Below, one piece after another: positions 1-8,442 of a stretch of 54,245 nt of DNA (position 1 is the stretch's first letter; each line of letters begins with the position of its first letter). The notes beneath the pieces were generated by a model, which worked only from the letters and a program-made list of their open reading frames with translations, had not been told where the DNA came from and did no database searches. The translations under genes were made by a program, and so were the position numbers. The stretch is from a virus (lineage: Duplodnaviria; Caudoviricetes), in IMG/VR virus record IMGVR_UViG_3300046170_000042, positions 1 through 54,245 of that record; one strand, given 5' to 3'.

Positions 1-385
1 CTCGCCCGAAAACAAAACAAACGGATATGATATTTTCTTGTAATTTCAATGGCTTACAATAGTCAACTGATACTGTAACACTTGGTTATTGAAACATAAA
101 GCATTGATATCATTAGCTTTTCTGCATTCAATGTGGATTTATCCTAGTTTTTCTGATTCACATTGATGAATTTTGCAGGGAAAAAAGAGAAAAGAATCAA
201 AATGAGTGCGATACGGGCAGGACACCACCCCGGTGTACGTAGATATATACACAGAGAAGCACACAGATGAGGAAATTAAAGTGTTAACCACAAGTGCAAC
301 TGTTAGTGTCAACCTATTAGTGTAGAATATTTTACTAATATATACCCATATAAGAAATTATTTTTCTGTATATGCATTTTATGTA

Positions 386-414
386 TTGACAGCTATATAG
401 AAATCGAGTATAAT
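386..414 (+). promoter_or_regulatory. Consensus sigma70 promoter for the rightward arm
   Basis: TTGACA(386-391)-17 nt-TATAAT(409-414), a perfect match in the AT-rich left non-coding region. Confidence 0.75.
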
Positions 415-669
415 TATAGTATAAAACAGAAAAACATACACTTAAAGTGTTACATATGTAAATGTTTATTAAACTTTTATTATAGATTCTTTGTTAAGTA
501 CACTTAAATGAAACACTATAAGTGTACAGTAATATATTATGGCTTGTAATTCTTGTATATACAGTAAAGATAACGTCCTTGTAAAGCTTTGTGGCTTGTG
601 TGAAGCTAAAGCTATTGCCGAAAGAATACGTTGGTGGCAAGAAGGTAAAGAAAAATTGCAGAAAAAGAG

Positions 670-699
670 TTGACAATGGCTAAAAAATCTGTAAAACTA
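670..699 (+). promoter_or_regulatory. Putative promoter, TTGACA-N16-TAAAACTA
   Basis: Same spacing and motif as at 13889 and 23963; overlaps the start of the 676 ORF. Confidence 0.4.
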
Positions 700-882
700 T
701 ACACAGACAATGTACTTTCAGCTTTCTATGAAGCTATTCGTACCAATACTCTTGACCGATTGCACATACCACACAGTGATGTGTATTATGTTCGTAATGC
801 ATTGGAGACTAAATTCTCTCCACGTAAATTTACACTTAAAGAAACAGAAGATTATATGAGATTAGAAGGCTGGACTGACTAA
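676..882 (+). CDS. Hypothetical phage protein
   Basis: ORF with ATG at 676; stop overlaps next start (TAATG). Confidence 0.7.
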   Translation: MAKKSVKLYTDNVLSAFYEAIRTNTLDRLHIPHSDVYYVRNALETKFSPRKFTLKETEDYMRLEGWTD

Positions 883-1073
883 TGTTTACTACATTTGTAA
901 TGGCATGTTCAATGATGACAGGTCAATGTATAATAGTTGAAGATGCATACGGACCGTACTCAAAAGAAGTACACTGCGTAGAACGTGCTGCAGTAATAGT
1001 CACAGATGTAGCAGAAGCATTGGGAACACCACACTCGTTTTCATTTAAATGCAAAGAGGAAAAGGGTATTTAG
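882..1073 (+). CDS. Small Cys-containing hypothetical protein (C-x6-C...C...C pattern)
   Basis: 63-aa ORF, translationally coupled, hydrophobic N-terminus. Confidence 0.7.
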   Translation: MFTTFVMACSMMTGQCIIVEDAYGPYSKEVHCVERAAVIVTDVAEALGTPHSFSFKCKEEKGI

Positions 1074-1075
1074 TA

Positions 1076-1361
1076 ATGGCACGTCAACCTAGCACCATGC
1101 CAAAGCGAAATAAGAAGAACTTTCGCCCTACTAAAGCTGGTGCAGGTATGACTGCTGCAGGTGTTGCTGCGTACAGAAGAAAAAAACCCCGGTAGCAAGC
1201 TACAAACGGCTGTAACAGGCAAGGTAAAGAAAGGCAGTAAGGATGCAAAAAGACGTAAGTCTTTCTGTGCTAGGTCTGCTGGACAAATGAAACAATTTCC
1301 TAAAGCGGCTAACGACCCAAACAGTCGTTTACGTCAAGCACGTAGACGATGGAAATGTTAA
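1076..1361 (+). CDS. Basic phage protein (DUF6321-like), broken by +1 A in an A-run at ~1180-1186
   Basis: Removing one A gives MARQPSTMPKRNKKNFRPTKAGAGMTAAGVAAYRRKNPGSKL...RRKSFCARSAG...ARRRWKC. Confidence 0.7.
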
Positions 1362-1376
1362 AGGAGAAATATTAAA

Positions 1377-1958
1377 ATGGCCCCATTACCACTATTAGCA
1401 CCAGCATTATTCTTTTTTGGTGGACAGGTATTTAGAGTAGGCAGTAAAAAAATGGCAGATAAACTGCTAAAGCTAGGTTATAAACGAGCTACCTCAAAAC
1501 AGATTAAAGCTGCTCCTAAAGCTAAACCAACTGTAAATAGTTTAGAAGACGTTAAAAAACTTAAAGGCACTAAGGTTGCGAATACAGCATTAGGCGCAAT
1601 ATCTACTGCAGGAGCTATAACAGCGGCTAAACCTGCTGGTGGTGATAAAACAAAAAGGAAACGCAAAGCACCTGACAGGTCAGCAGATACCAATGAAAGA
1701 CAACAGAGAGTATTTGAAAAACGTGGTGGAGTAGATGCTAAGAAACCTAAAAAGACTGCAGCACAAGTAAATAAAACACTTGGCGGTTCTATGGATAAGA
1801 AAACATGGAGAGATGTTAAGTCAGTTGCTGGGGCAAAGTCAGCAGGTTTAAATCACTTTACAGGAAAAGATGGCAAGAAAAAGATTGCAGTAACGCAAGC
1901 AGACCTAGATAAAAAAGGTATGACTTTAAGACAATATGCAAACAGTTTAAGGAAGTAG
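1377..1958 (+). CDS. Lys-rich hypothetical protein
   Basis: 193-aa ORF with AAGGAG RBS upstream. Confidence 0.75.
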   Translation: MAPLPLLAPALFFFGGQVFRVGSKKMADKLLKLGYKRATSKQIKAAPKAKPTVNSLEDVKKLKGTKVANTALGAISTAGAITAAKPAGGDKTKRKRKAPDRSADTNERQQRVFEKRGGVDAKKPKKTAAQVNKTLGGSMDKKTWRDVKSVAGAKSAGLNHFTGKDGKKKIAVTQADLDKKGMTLRQYANSLRK

Positions 1959-1962
1959 TATA

Positions 1963-2184
1963 ATGGCTAAAGATGATGTAACTGTATTATCCATAGGTAT
2001 AGGTAAAATGCCAAAGAAAAAACTTAAAGCGATGGGTATGGGCAAAGCAAAGATGGCTAGTGGTGGTATGGCATATGGCAAAGCACATATGTATGCAGCA
2101 GGTGGTAGTGTCACAATGAACCCCGGACTAAAAGCATTAAAGTCAGCAAGCCCAGAAGCATTTAATAAAATCACTGGGAACTAA
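1963..2184 (+). CDS. Small basic protein with two xxGG motifs (MASGGM, YAAGGS)
   Basis: 73-aa ORF coupled to next gene. Confidence 0.75.
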   Translation: MAKDDVTVLSIGIGKMPKKKLKAMGMGKAKMASGGMAYGKAHMYAAGGSVTMNPGLKALKSASPEAFNKITGN

Positions 2185-2714
2185 TGCACCCAATAGAACA
2201 AGACATACGTAATTGGTCACATAACTTTCTTGAGATACCAAACGTAAAGTTAAACGGATTACCACCATGCCCATACGCAGCTAAAGCGTGGGCAGATAAT
2301 CAGGTGATGTTCAGTGTTAACACAGGTCTTGAAGGTCTACGTGCAGAGATACAGATATTTGATAGCCACGATTACGACATAGTTGTATGGGCTGACGAAG
2401 ATATGCCAAGCATGGAATACCTAGATGGTTTATGTGACGGTATGAATGAAGCATTAAGCCTAGCAGGTATAGATTTACACCTAATGGTGTTTCATCCAGA
2501 GTTTGATGCTAGTGATGCAGGTCTTGACTTTTTAGAAGAAGATGGTATAACTAGTAGTGAATTAGAATACTGCATGGTGTTTGTGCAGCGTTTGTCAGTG
2601 TTAGATGATGCTGCACTGAGTTTAGAGAAGTCAGGATATTATAAGCATTTTCCTGATGATACATACGAAGCCTTAGTTCTTGATAGAAGGAGATTACGAA
2701 ATGGCAATGGGTAA
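2184..2714 (+). CDS. DUF1415-like protein
   Basis: W...LPPCPYA motif and later FHP...VQRL segment resemble this family. Confidence 0.55.
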   Translation: MHPIEQDIRNWSHNFLEIPNVKLNGLPPCPYAAKAWADNQVMFSVNTGLEGLRAEIQIFDSHDYDIVVWADEDMPSMEYLDGLCDGMNEALSLAGIDLHLMVFHPEFDASDAGLDFLEEDGITSSELEYCMVFVQRLSVLDDAALSLEKSGYYKHFPDDTYEALVLDRRRLRNGNG

Positions 2715-2841
2715 AACAAAAGTAGCTAAAAAGAAAATGATGCGTGGTGGTGTTGCACAAAAGAAGATGCGTGGCGGTGGCATGGCTAAGATGGCTAAGA
2801 AGAAAATGATGCGTGGTGGAATGCTAAAGAAAAAGAAGTAA
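2701..2841 (+). CDS. 46-aa Lys/Met/Gly-rich peptide with three MxxGG repeats (absent from the ORF track)
   Basis: MAMGKTKVAKKKMMRGGVAQKKMRGGGMAKMAKKKMMRGGMLKKKK*; AGGAG upstream. Confidence 0.75.
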   Translation: MAMGKTKVAKKKMMRGGVAQKKMRGGGMAKMAKKKMMRGGMLKKKK

Positions 2842-2853
2842 GGAAATTATGTA

Positions 2854-3126
2854 ATGCCTATTAACACAACAAGAGCAAAACAAATCCAGAAAAAATTCCG
2901 TAAAAACTATGGCCCAAAGCCAAAAATAACAACATCAGAAATTAAAGGAAGACGTAGAGCAGTTAAGGCTGGGCAGAAAACTTATGCAAAAAAAGATGGA
3001 ACTATAGGCCAACTAACTCGTGAGCAAACATTACGCACTAAGCGAAAGTTAAATCAAATAGCAAAGAATAAACCAAAAACACCTATAAGTCCCATACTTG
3101 GGCTGACAAGGCTAAAGAAGAAGTAA
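2854..3126 (+). CDS. Highly basic hypothetical protein
   Basis: 90-aa ORF, K/R-rich. Confidence 0.7.
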   Translation: MPINTTRAKQIQKKFRKNYGPKPKITTSEIKGRRRAVKAGQKTYAKKDGTIGQLTREQTLRTKRKLNQIAKNKPKTPISPILGLTRLKKK

Positions 3127-3272
3127 TGTCTGATTTAAAGAATATCATAGTAGATGCTTACTGGACATTTTTAAGTCATCTATTTCTGAAGACGGCTAGA
3201 CTGCTTGGCAGGTGGAATGTAAAACTACACAAGTGGTCAGTCATCTGTATAGATAAAGTGCGGATAAATTAA
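3126..3272 (+). CDS. 48-aa hypothetical protein (absent from the ORF track)
   Basis: MSDLKNIIVDAYWTF...KVRIN*; TAATG coupling at both ends fills the gap exactly. Confidence 0.6.
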   Translation: MSDLKNIIVDAYWTFLSHLFLKTARLLGRWNVKLHKWSVICIDKVRIN

Positions 3273-3625
3273 TGCCTAAAATAGATACTATTAAATTTAC
3301 AAATGTAGTTATCCCATTAGGCACTAGTTCTACAGTTATATATACTGCACCAGCAAACTTTACGGCCGCGATAAAGCTATTAGCATTGTCAAATATAGAT
3401 ACGTCAGATAGAACATTTGATTTATCATATACACCTTCAGGCGGTTCTATTCAACAAATTATAGATGCCTATAGCCTAACTACAAGTGCAAATATTGTGT
3501 ATATATTTGAAGATGGAAAACCATTCTTTATGAATGCAGGAGATGCTTTATCAGGTGTTGGCTCAACAGCTAGTACCATTATTGCAACAGTTTCAGTAGA
3601 AGAATATTTCGACCCTAATAGGTAA
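3272..3625 (+). CDS. Beta-rich hypothetical, likely virion-associated protein
   Basis: 117-aa ORF with a 'TVIYTAP' type N-terminus common in marine phage structural proteins. Confidence 0.65.
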   Translation: MPKIDTIKFTNVVIPLGTSSTVIYTAPANFTAAIKLLALSNIDTSDRTFDLSYTPSGGSIQQIIDAYSLTTSANIVYIFEDGKPFFMNAGDALSGVGSTASTIIATVSVEEYFDPNR

Positions 3626-3629
3626 GAAT

Positions 3630-3809
3630 ATGAAAAAAAATAAATCAACAGTAAATAAAGCAGGTAATTACACAAAACCAACAATGCGTAAGAACTTGTT
3701 TAATAGAATAAAATCAGGCACTAGTGGTGGTCGTTCAGGTCAATGGTCTGCGAGAAAAGCCCAAATGTTAGCCAAACAATACAAAGCCAAGGGTGGTGGG
3801 TACAAGTAA
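3630..3809 (+). CDS. DUF5872-like protein, N-terminal half (absent from the ORF track)
   Basis: 59 aa: NYTKPTMRK...GGRSGQWSARKAQMLAKQYKAKGGGYK*. Confidence 0.75.
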   Translation: MKKNKSTVNKAGNYTKPTMRKNLFNRIKSGTSGGRSGQWSARKAQMLAKQYKAKGGGYK

Positions 3810-3835
3810 ACTGCTACACGTGAAAGGGGAAACAC

Positions 3836-4294
3836 ATGTTAGCAGAATTAGCAGCAGCAAATGCTGCATTCGGTATTATAAAACAAACCGTAATGAATGG
3901 AAAAGATTTAGCCAGTGCCGCACATAGTATTGGTGAATACATTGGAATCAAAGAAAAGCTAGAAAAAGAAGGACACAAAAAGAAAAACTCATTCTGGTCA
4001 GCATTTAAAGGACAAGGTGCAAATGATTTAGATGAGTTTATGGTACTTGAAAAGATAAAAGAACAGGAAGCCGAACTTAAACAGTTAATGCAATTATATG
4101 GTAGATACCATTTGTGGGATGATTGGCAAAGATTTCAAGCAGAAATGAGAAAGAAAAGACGTGCGGCAGAAGAAACAGCACGTAAGAAAAGAAAACAAAT
4201 AATAGAAATAACACTTATTACTTTACTTATTATTGTAGGATTAGGCGGTGTAGCTTTAATATTTTGGTTTGCTGTTTTCTTGAAAGGTTTATAA
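3836..4294 (+). CDS. Coiled-coil protein with C-terminal transmembrane helix
   Basis: MLAELAAANAAF N-terminus, basic stretch, then hydrophobic C-terminus. Confidence 0.75.
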   Translation: MLAELAAANAAFGIIKQTVMNGKDLASAAHSIGEYIGIKEKLEKEGHKKKNSFWSAFKGQGANDLDEFMVLEKIKEQEAELKQLMQLYGRYHLWDDWQRFQAEMRKKRRAAEETARKKRKQIIEITLITLLIIVGLGGVALIFWFAVFLKGL

Positions 4295-4542
4295 TGGCAT
4301 TAGCTAAATCACAAAAGAGTTTAAAGTCATGGACAAAGCAAAAGTGGAGAACCAAATCTGGGAAACCATCAGCAGAAACTGGAGAGCGTTACCTTCCTAC
4401 TTCAGCGATACAGAGCCTGTCATCTGCGGAGTATGCGGCAACATCACGAGCGAAACGCCAAGGAACAAAAAAGGGCAAACAGTTTGTCAAACAACCGAAG
4501 AATATTGCGAAGAAAACTGCTAGATTTAGGAGAATAGGATGA
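4294..4542 (+). CDS. DUF5872-like protein, C-terminal half
   Basis: SQKSLKSWTKQKWRTKSGK...ERYLP...KGKQFVKQP; ATG at 4294 coupled to upstream stop. Confidence 0.75.
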   Translation: MALAKSQKSLKSWTKQKWRTKSGKPSAETGERYLPTSAIQSLSSAEYAATSRAKRQGTKKGKQFVKQPKNIAKKTARFRRIG

Positions 4543-4913
4543 GTTTAGTCAGAAGAAGAACAAGACGGACACCACAACAAAAAGCTGATATCGTGGCTAG
4601 ACGTAATGCTATGGCAGACAAAAAAAGAGCTGAACGCATGGCAAGAGCTAAAGCTAGAGCCGAAGCTAGAGCCGAAGCTATAGCTAAAAGACGAAGACAA
4701 AAACCAAGGCGAACAATAACACGAACAGTAGACCCTATGCCTAACTCACCAGAAAGACAACGCAGAGGAAATAGACAACCTGCAATAGACCCACCAAAAG
4801 GAGCAGGTAAAAAACCTACAAGACCTGTACGACCAAAACGGGATAATAAGAAGGTAACACCTGTAAGAAGAGCAAGAAGAAAACCATCAGAAAGATTTAA
4901 TCGTGGCTTTTAA
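4539..4913 (+). CDS. Arg-rich, protamine-like hypothetical protein
   Basis: 124-aa ORF with very high R/K content and a 12-bp tandem duplication (ARAE x2). Confidence 0.65.
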   Translation: MSLVRRRTRRTPQQKADIVARRNAMADKKRAERMARAKARAEARAEAIAKRRRQKPRRTITRTVDPMPNSPERQRRGNRQPAIDPPKGAGKKPTRPVRPKRDNKKVTPVRRARRKPSERFNRGF

Positions 4914-5289
4914 TCTACTCATAGGACCTGTAGCAGATTTAGCTGGTACATGGTTAAAAGGTAAGGTAGAAGAGAAGAAAGCACAGTCAGCTACTAAGGT
5001 AGCCAAGGCACAAGCTGAAGCTGTAGTAATGCAGAAGAAAGCTACAGGTGAAATTGATTGGGATTTGGAGATGGCTAAAGGTAGTCAGTCTTCGTGGAAA
5101 GATGAGTGGCTTACCATACTATTTAGTATTCCATTAATCTTAGCATTCATACCGGGAATGGAAGAGGTAGTAGCAAATGGTTTTGCCCAGTTGGAAGCAA
5201 TGCCTCAGTGGTATCAGTATAGTCTTGGCATTATTGTGGCTGCTTCTTTTGGAGTACGTAGCGCAACTAAATTCTTCGGAAAGAAATAA
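4903..5289 (+). CDS. Putative holin (3TM, GTA-holin-like)
   Basis: SSWKDEW motif, hydrophobic helices, C-terminal 'ASFGVR'; upstream of lysozyme. Confidence 0.65.
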   Translation: MAFNLLIGPVADLAGTWLKGKVEEKKAQSATKVAKAQAEAVVMQKKATGEIDWDLEMAKGSQSSWKDEWLTILFSIPLILAFIPGMEEVVANGFAQLEAMPQWYQYSLGIIVAASFGVRSATKFFGKK

Positions 5290-5291
5290 AG

Positions 5292-5489
5292 ATGGCTGCA
5301 AAGACAATATTAGAGTACAAGATTCTACCACGCTTAATGATGCTTGTAATGACGATAATGTACATACGAGTAATTGAGTGGGGTATTTCATTAGATGATA
5401 TCAGTACACAACAGAGTGCGATGATATCTGTAGTTAGCGGTGCAATGACAGGTGCATTTGCAGTTTGGTTAAGCAGTGAGAAGAAATGA
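5292..5489 (+). CDS. Small two-TM membrane protein in the lysis cassette
   Basis: Two hydrophobic segments, ILPR motif. Confidence 0.65.
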   Translation: MAAKTILEYKILPRLMMLVMTIMYIRVIEWGISLDDISTQQSAMISVVSGAMTGAFAVWLSSEKK

Positions 5490-5974
5490 AATACGATAGA
5501 GAAACCTTTATAAAGAAGCTGATTGATGGAGAAGGTCTTGTGCTTACAGTGTACCAAGATACGCTAGGCATTGATACAATTGGCATCGGAAGAAACCTAA
5601 AAGACCGTGGCATCAGTAAAGCAGAACTTGACCATATGGATATACCCAATATGGATGTTGTATATGAACACGGAATTACTAAAGAAGATGCGGTCTATTT
5701 AGCAACGAATGACGTACAGATTGTCGAAGAAGAACTATGTCGAGCGCACCCTTGCGTGGATAGCTTAGACAGTGTACGTCAACTTGTAGTAATGGACATG
5801 GCATTTAATATGGGTGTTCCAAGATTAAAGAAGTTTAAAAATATGTGGGCAGCTATCCATGACAATGACTTCAAGACTGCAGCAAAAGAAATGCTAGACA
5901 GCAGGTGGGCAAGGCAAGTAAAAGGACGTGCCACACGTTTAGCTCATGCTATGGCAACAGGAGAAATGAAGTGA
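5486..5974 (+). CDS. Endolysin, T4-lysozyme-like (GH24)
   Basis: EG-x7-D-x5-T catalytic arrangement (EGLVLTVYQDTLGIDTIGIG); MAFNMG; SRWARQV. Confidence 0.9.
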   Translation: MKYDRETFIKKLIDGEGLVLTVYQDTLGIDTIGIGRNLKDRGISKAELDHMDIPNMDVVYEHGITKEDAVYLATNDVQIVEEELCRAHPCVDSLDSVRQLVVMDMAFNMGVPRLKKFKNMWAAIHDNDFKTAAKEMLDSRWARQVKGRATRLAHAMATGEMK

Positions 5975-6342
5975 CACGACAGCTAAATGAAAGACAGCAG
6001 AAGTTCTTAGCAGTTCTGTTTGAAGAAGCAGGTGGTGATGTAGTACAAGCAAAGAAGATTGCTGGGTACGCAGAGAACACTCCTACCACTTCTATTGTCA
6101 AAGGACTGAAGGATGAGATACTAGAAGCTACTTCTATGTACATGGCACGTAATGCACCAAAGGCGGCAATGGCTATGACAGGTGCATTGTATGACCCAAC
6201 AGAACTAGGCATACGCGATAAGATGTCAGCGGCAAAAGAATTGCTAGACCGTTCAGGTTTGGTAAAGACAGAGAAAATGCAGGTAGAAGCATCAGGTGGT
6301 GTTATGCTTATGCCACCTAAAGCAGTAAGTGAGGATGACTAA
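5971..6342 (+). CDS. Putative terminase small subunit / HTH protein
   Basis: GTG start; LNERQQKF...AKKIAGY helix-turn-helix; AAKELLDR; close to terL. Confidence 0.6.
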   Translation: MTRQLNERQQKFLAVLFEEAGGDVVQAKKIAGYAENTPTTSIVKGLKDEILEATSMYMARNAPKAAMAMTGALYDPTELGIRDKMSAAKELLDRSGLVKTEKMQVEASGGVMLMPPKAVSEDD

Positions 6343-6599
6343 TGGCTTCAGGTTTTAAAAAAACTAGTTATGGAAGTTACTATATACTTACTCCAAGTGG
6401 AGATAAGGTATATATTGATAAGTCAGATGACCGTAAAGGAATGTGGACTTCTGGTGGTCAACTCTATTCACGATTACGTGAGGCAAAAGCTGATGTTATT
6501 CAAAGAATAGGCAGTGGTCAAGGTTTTAGTAGTGGTGGGCTTACTACTAAAAAGTATGTAAACCCTGTAAAAGTTGTAGATAACCGTAAAAACATATGA
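6342..6599 (+). CDS. Hypothetical protein with FSSGGL motif
   Basis: 85-aa ORF coupled on both sides. Confidence 0.65.
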   Translation: MASGFKKTSYGSYYILTPSGDKVYIDKSDDRKGMWTSGGQLYSRLREAKADVIQRIGSGQGFSSGGLTTKKYVNPVKVVDNRKNI

Positions 6600-6994
6600 C
6601 TAGAAGTATAGGCAAGTGGAAACTTCCACAACCGACAGATATAAAAGAAGAGAACGAGTGGGTACAGATACCGCGCATAGCACGTACCGTACCATTTGGA
6701 TATAAACAGAATGAAGAAGACCCTGACATTCTTGACCCCATACCCACAGAATTAGATTTGTTAGAAAAAGCTAGACAGCATGTAAATCAATATAGTTATC
6801 GTGAGGTAGCTAACTGGTTAAGTAAAAATAGCGATAGATACATATCACATGTAGGATTAAGGAAACGGTTAGAGAATGAGCGACAGCGTAAGAACAAGGT
6901 TGCAAGCATCCGCAAGTGGGCAGAATATGCGGAAACGGCAATCGCCAAAGCGAAAGAGCTTGAAGAAAGAACAGGCGCAAAAGCCAACGGTTGA
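6596..6994 (+). CDS. HTH-type DNA-binding protein upstream of terL
   Basis: VPFGY...YSYREVANWL...ISHVGLRKR, like recombinase DNA-binding domains. Confidence 0.65.
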   Translation: MTRSIGKWKLPQPTDIKEENEWVQIPRIARTVPFGYKQNEEDPDILDPIPTELDLLEKARQHVNQYSYREVANWLSKNSDRYISHVGLRKRLENERQRKNKVASIRKWAEYAETAIAKAKELEERTGAKANG

Positions 6995-8432
6995 GATTAA
7001 AGACATTGACTTAGATGAGTTTCAAGAAGAGGAACACGCTAATGTGCTATTTAAACCAAACGAAGGACCTCAAACAGATTTCTTAGCGGCAGGGGAACGT
7101 GAAGTATTATATGGTGGTTCAGCAGGTGGCGGTAAATCCTATGCCATGTTAGCAGACCCACTACGTTATATGGGGCATCCAGCATTTAGCGGATTGTTGT
7201 TGAGACATACAACAGAAGAACTTCGTGAACTTATCTTTAAGTCACAAGAGTTGTACCCACAAATATGGCCGGGCATTAAGTGGTCGGAAAGAAAGATGCA
7301 GTGGACTGCCCCTTCTGGTGCGAGACTGTGGATGTCTTATCTTGATAGAGATGATGACGTTCTTCGCTATCAGGGTCTAGCGTTTAGCTGGATAGGCTTT
7401 GACGAGTTAACACAGTGGCAGTCACCTTATGCATGGAATTACATGCGTTCTCGTCTTAGGTCTACTGCACCAGATTTGCCTATCTTTATGAGGGCAACAA
7501 CAAACCCGGGTGGAAGAGGTCACGCTTGGGTTAAGAAGATGTTTATTGACCCGTCATCTTATGGAAAGGCTTTTGATGCGACAGATATTGAAACAGGTGA
7601 AGTTCTCAAATATCCTGCAGGTCATAGCAAAGCAGGGAAGTCTCTTTTCAAAAGGCGGTTTATACCTGCTAGGTTATCTGATAACCCCTATCTCTCAGAT
7701 GCTGGTGACTACGAAGCCATGCTCCTGTCGCTCCCAGAGCAACAAAGAAGACAACTCTTGGACGGTGACTGGGATATTAAAGAAGGTGCAGCGTTCACAG
7801 AGTTTAATCGTGATATTCATGTTGTTGAACCTTTTAATATTCCTAGCAATTGGGTTAAGTTTAGAGCATGTGATTATGGGTATGGCTCTTACAGTGCTGT
7901 TGTATGGTTTGCTGTCTCACCGTCTGAGCAACTTATTGTGTACAGGGAATTGTATGTGTCAAAAGTCTTAGCTACAGACTTAGCAGACATGATATTAGAT
8001 TTAGAAGCTGAAGATGGCAATATTAAGTATGGTGTGCTTGATAGCTCTCTTTGGCATAAGCGTGGTGATACTGGTCCTAGCCTTGCAGAGCAAATGATAC
8101 AAAAGGGTTGCAGGTGGCGGCCATCAGACAGAAGCAAAGGTAGCCGTGTTTCTGGTAAAAATGAGATACATAGACGGCTGCAGGTTGATGAATTTACGGA
8201 AGAGCCTAGACTTGTTTTCTTTAGTAGTTGCACAGACATTATCTCACAGTTACCATCATTGCCACTGGATAAAAAAAATCCAGAGGATATTGACACGAAA
8301 GCAGAAGACCACTTGTACGATGCGATGAGATATGGTATAATGTCACGACCAAGGTTTAGTATATTTGACTATGACCCACATGGAAGACCGGGTGGTGGTA
8401 TGCCAATAGCAGATTCAACATTTGGATATTAA
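6876..8432 (+). CDS. terL: Terminase large subunit (start uncertain)
   Basis: Walker A GGSAGGGKS, Walker B IGFDE, TTNPGG motif III, nuclease DYG and DHLYDA. Confidence 0.95.
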   Translation: MSDSVRTRLQASASGQNMRKRQSPKRKSLKKEQAQKPTVEIKDIDLDEFQEEEHANVLFKPNEGPQTDFLAAGEREVLYGGSAGGGKSYAMLADPLRYMGHPAFSGLLLRHTTEELRELIFKSQELYPQIWPGIKWSERKMQWTAPSGARLWMSYLDRDDDVLRYQGLAFSWIGFDELTQWQSPYAWNYMRSRLRSTAPDLPIFMRATTNPGGRGHAWVKKMFIDPSSYGKAFDATDIETGEVLKYPAGHSKAGKSLFKRRFIPARLSDNPYLSDAGDYEAMLLSLPEQQRRQLLDGDWDIKEGAAFTEFNRDIHVVEPFNIPSNWVKFRACDYGYGSYSAVVWFAVSPSEQLIVYRELYVSKVLATDLADMILDLEAEDGNIKYGVLDSSLWHKRGDTGPSLAEQMIQKGCRWRPSDRSKGSRVSGKNEIHRRLQVDEFTEEPRLVFFSSCTDIISQLPSLPLDKKNPEDIDTKAEDHLYDAMRYGIMSRPRFSIFDYDPHGRPGGGMPIADSTFGY

Positions 8433-8442
8433 GGATATTAAA

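Noticed and set aside
1175-1190. A-run frameshift as phase variation
   Set aside because: Homopolymer indel in a sequence with other indel errors
7510-7971. Alternative-frame and antisense ORFs nested in terL and other long genes
   Set aside because: No RBS or recognisable motifs; fully overlapped by well-supported genes
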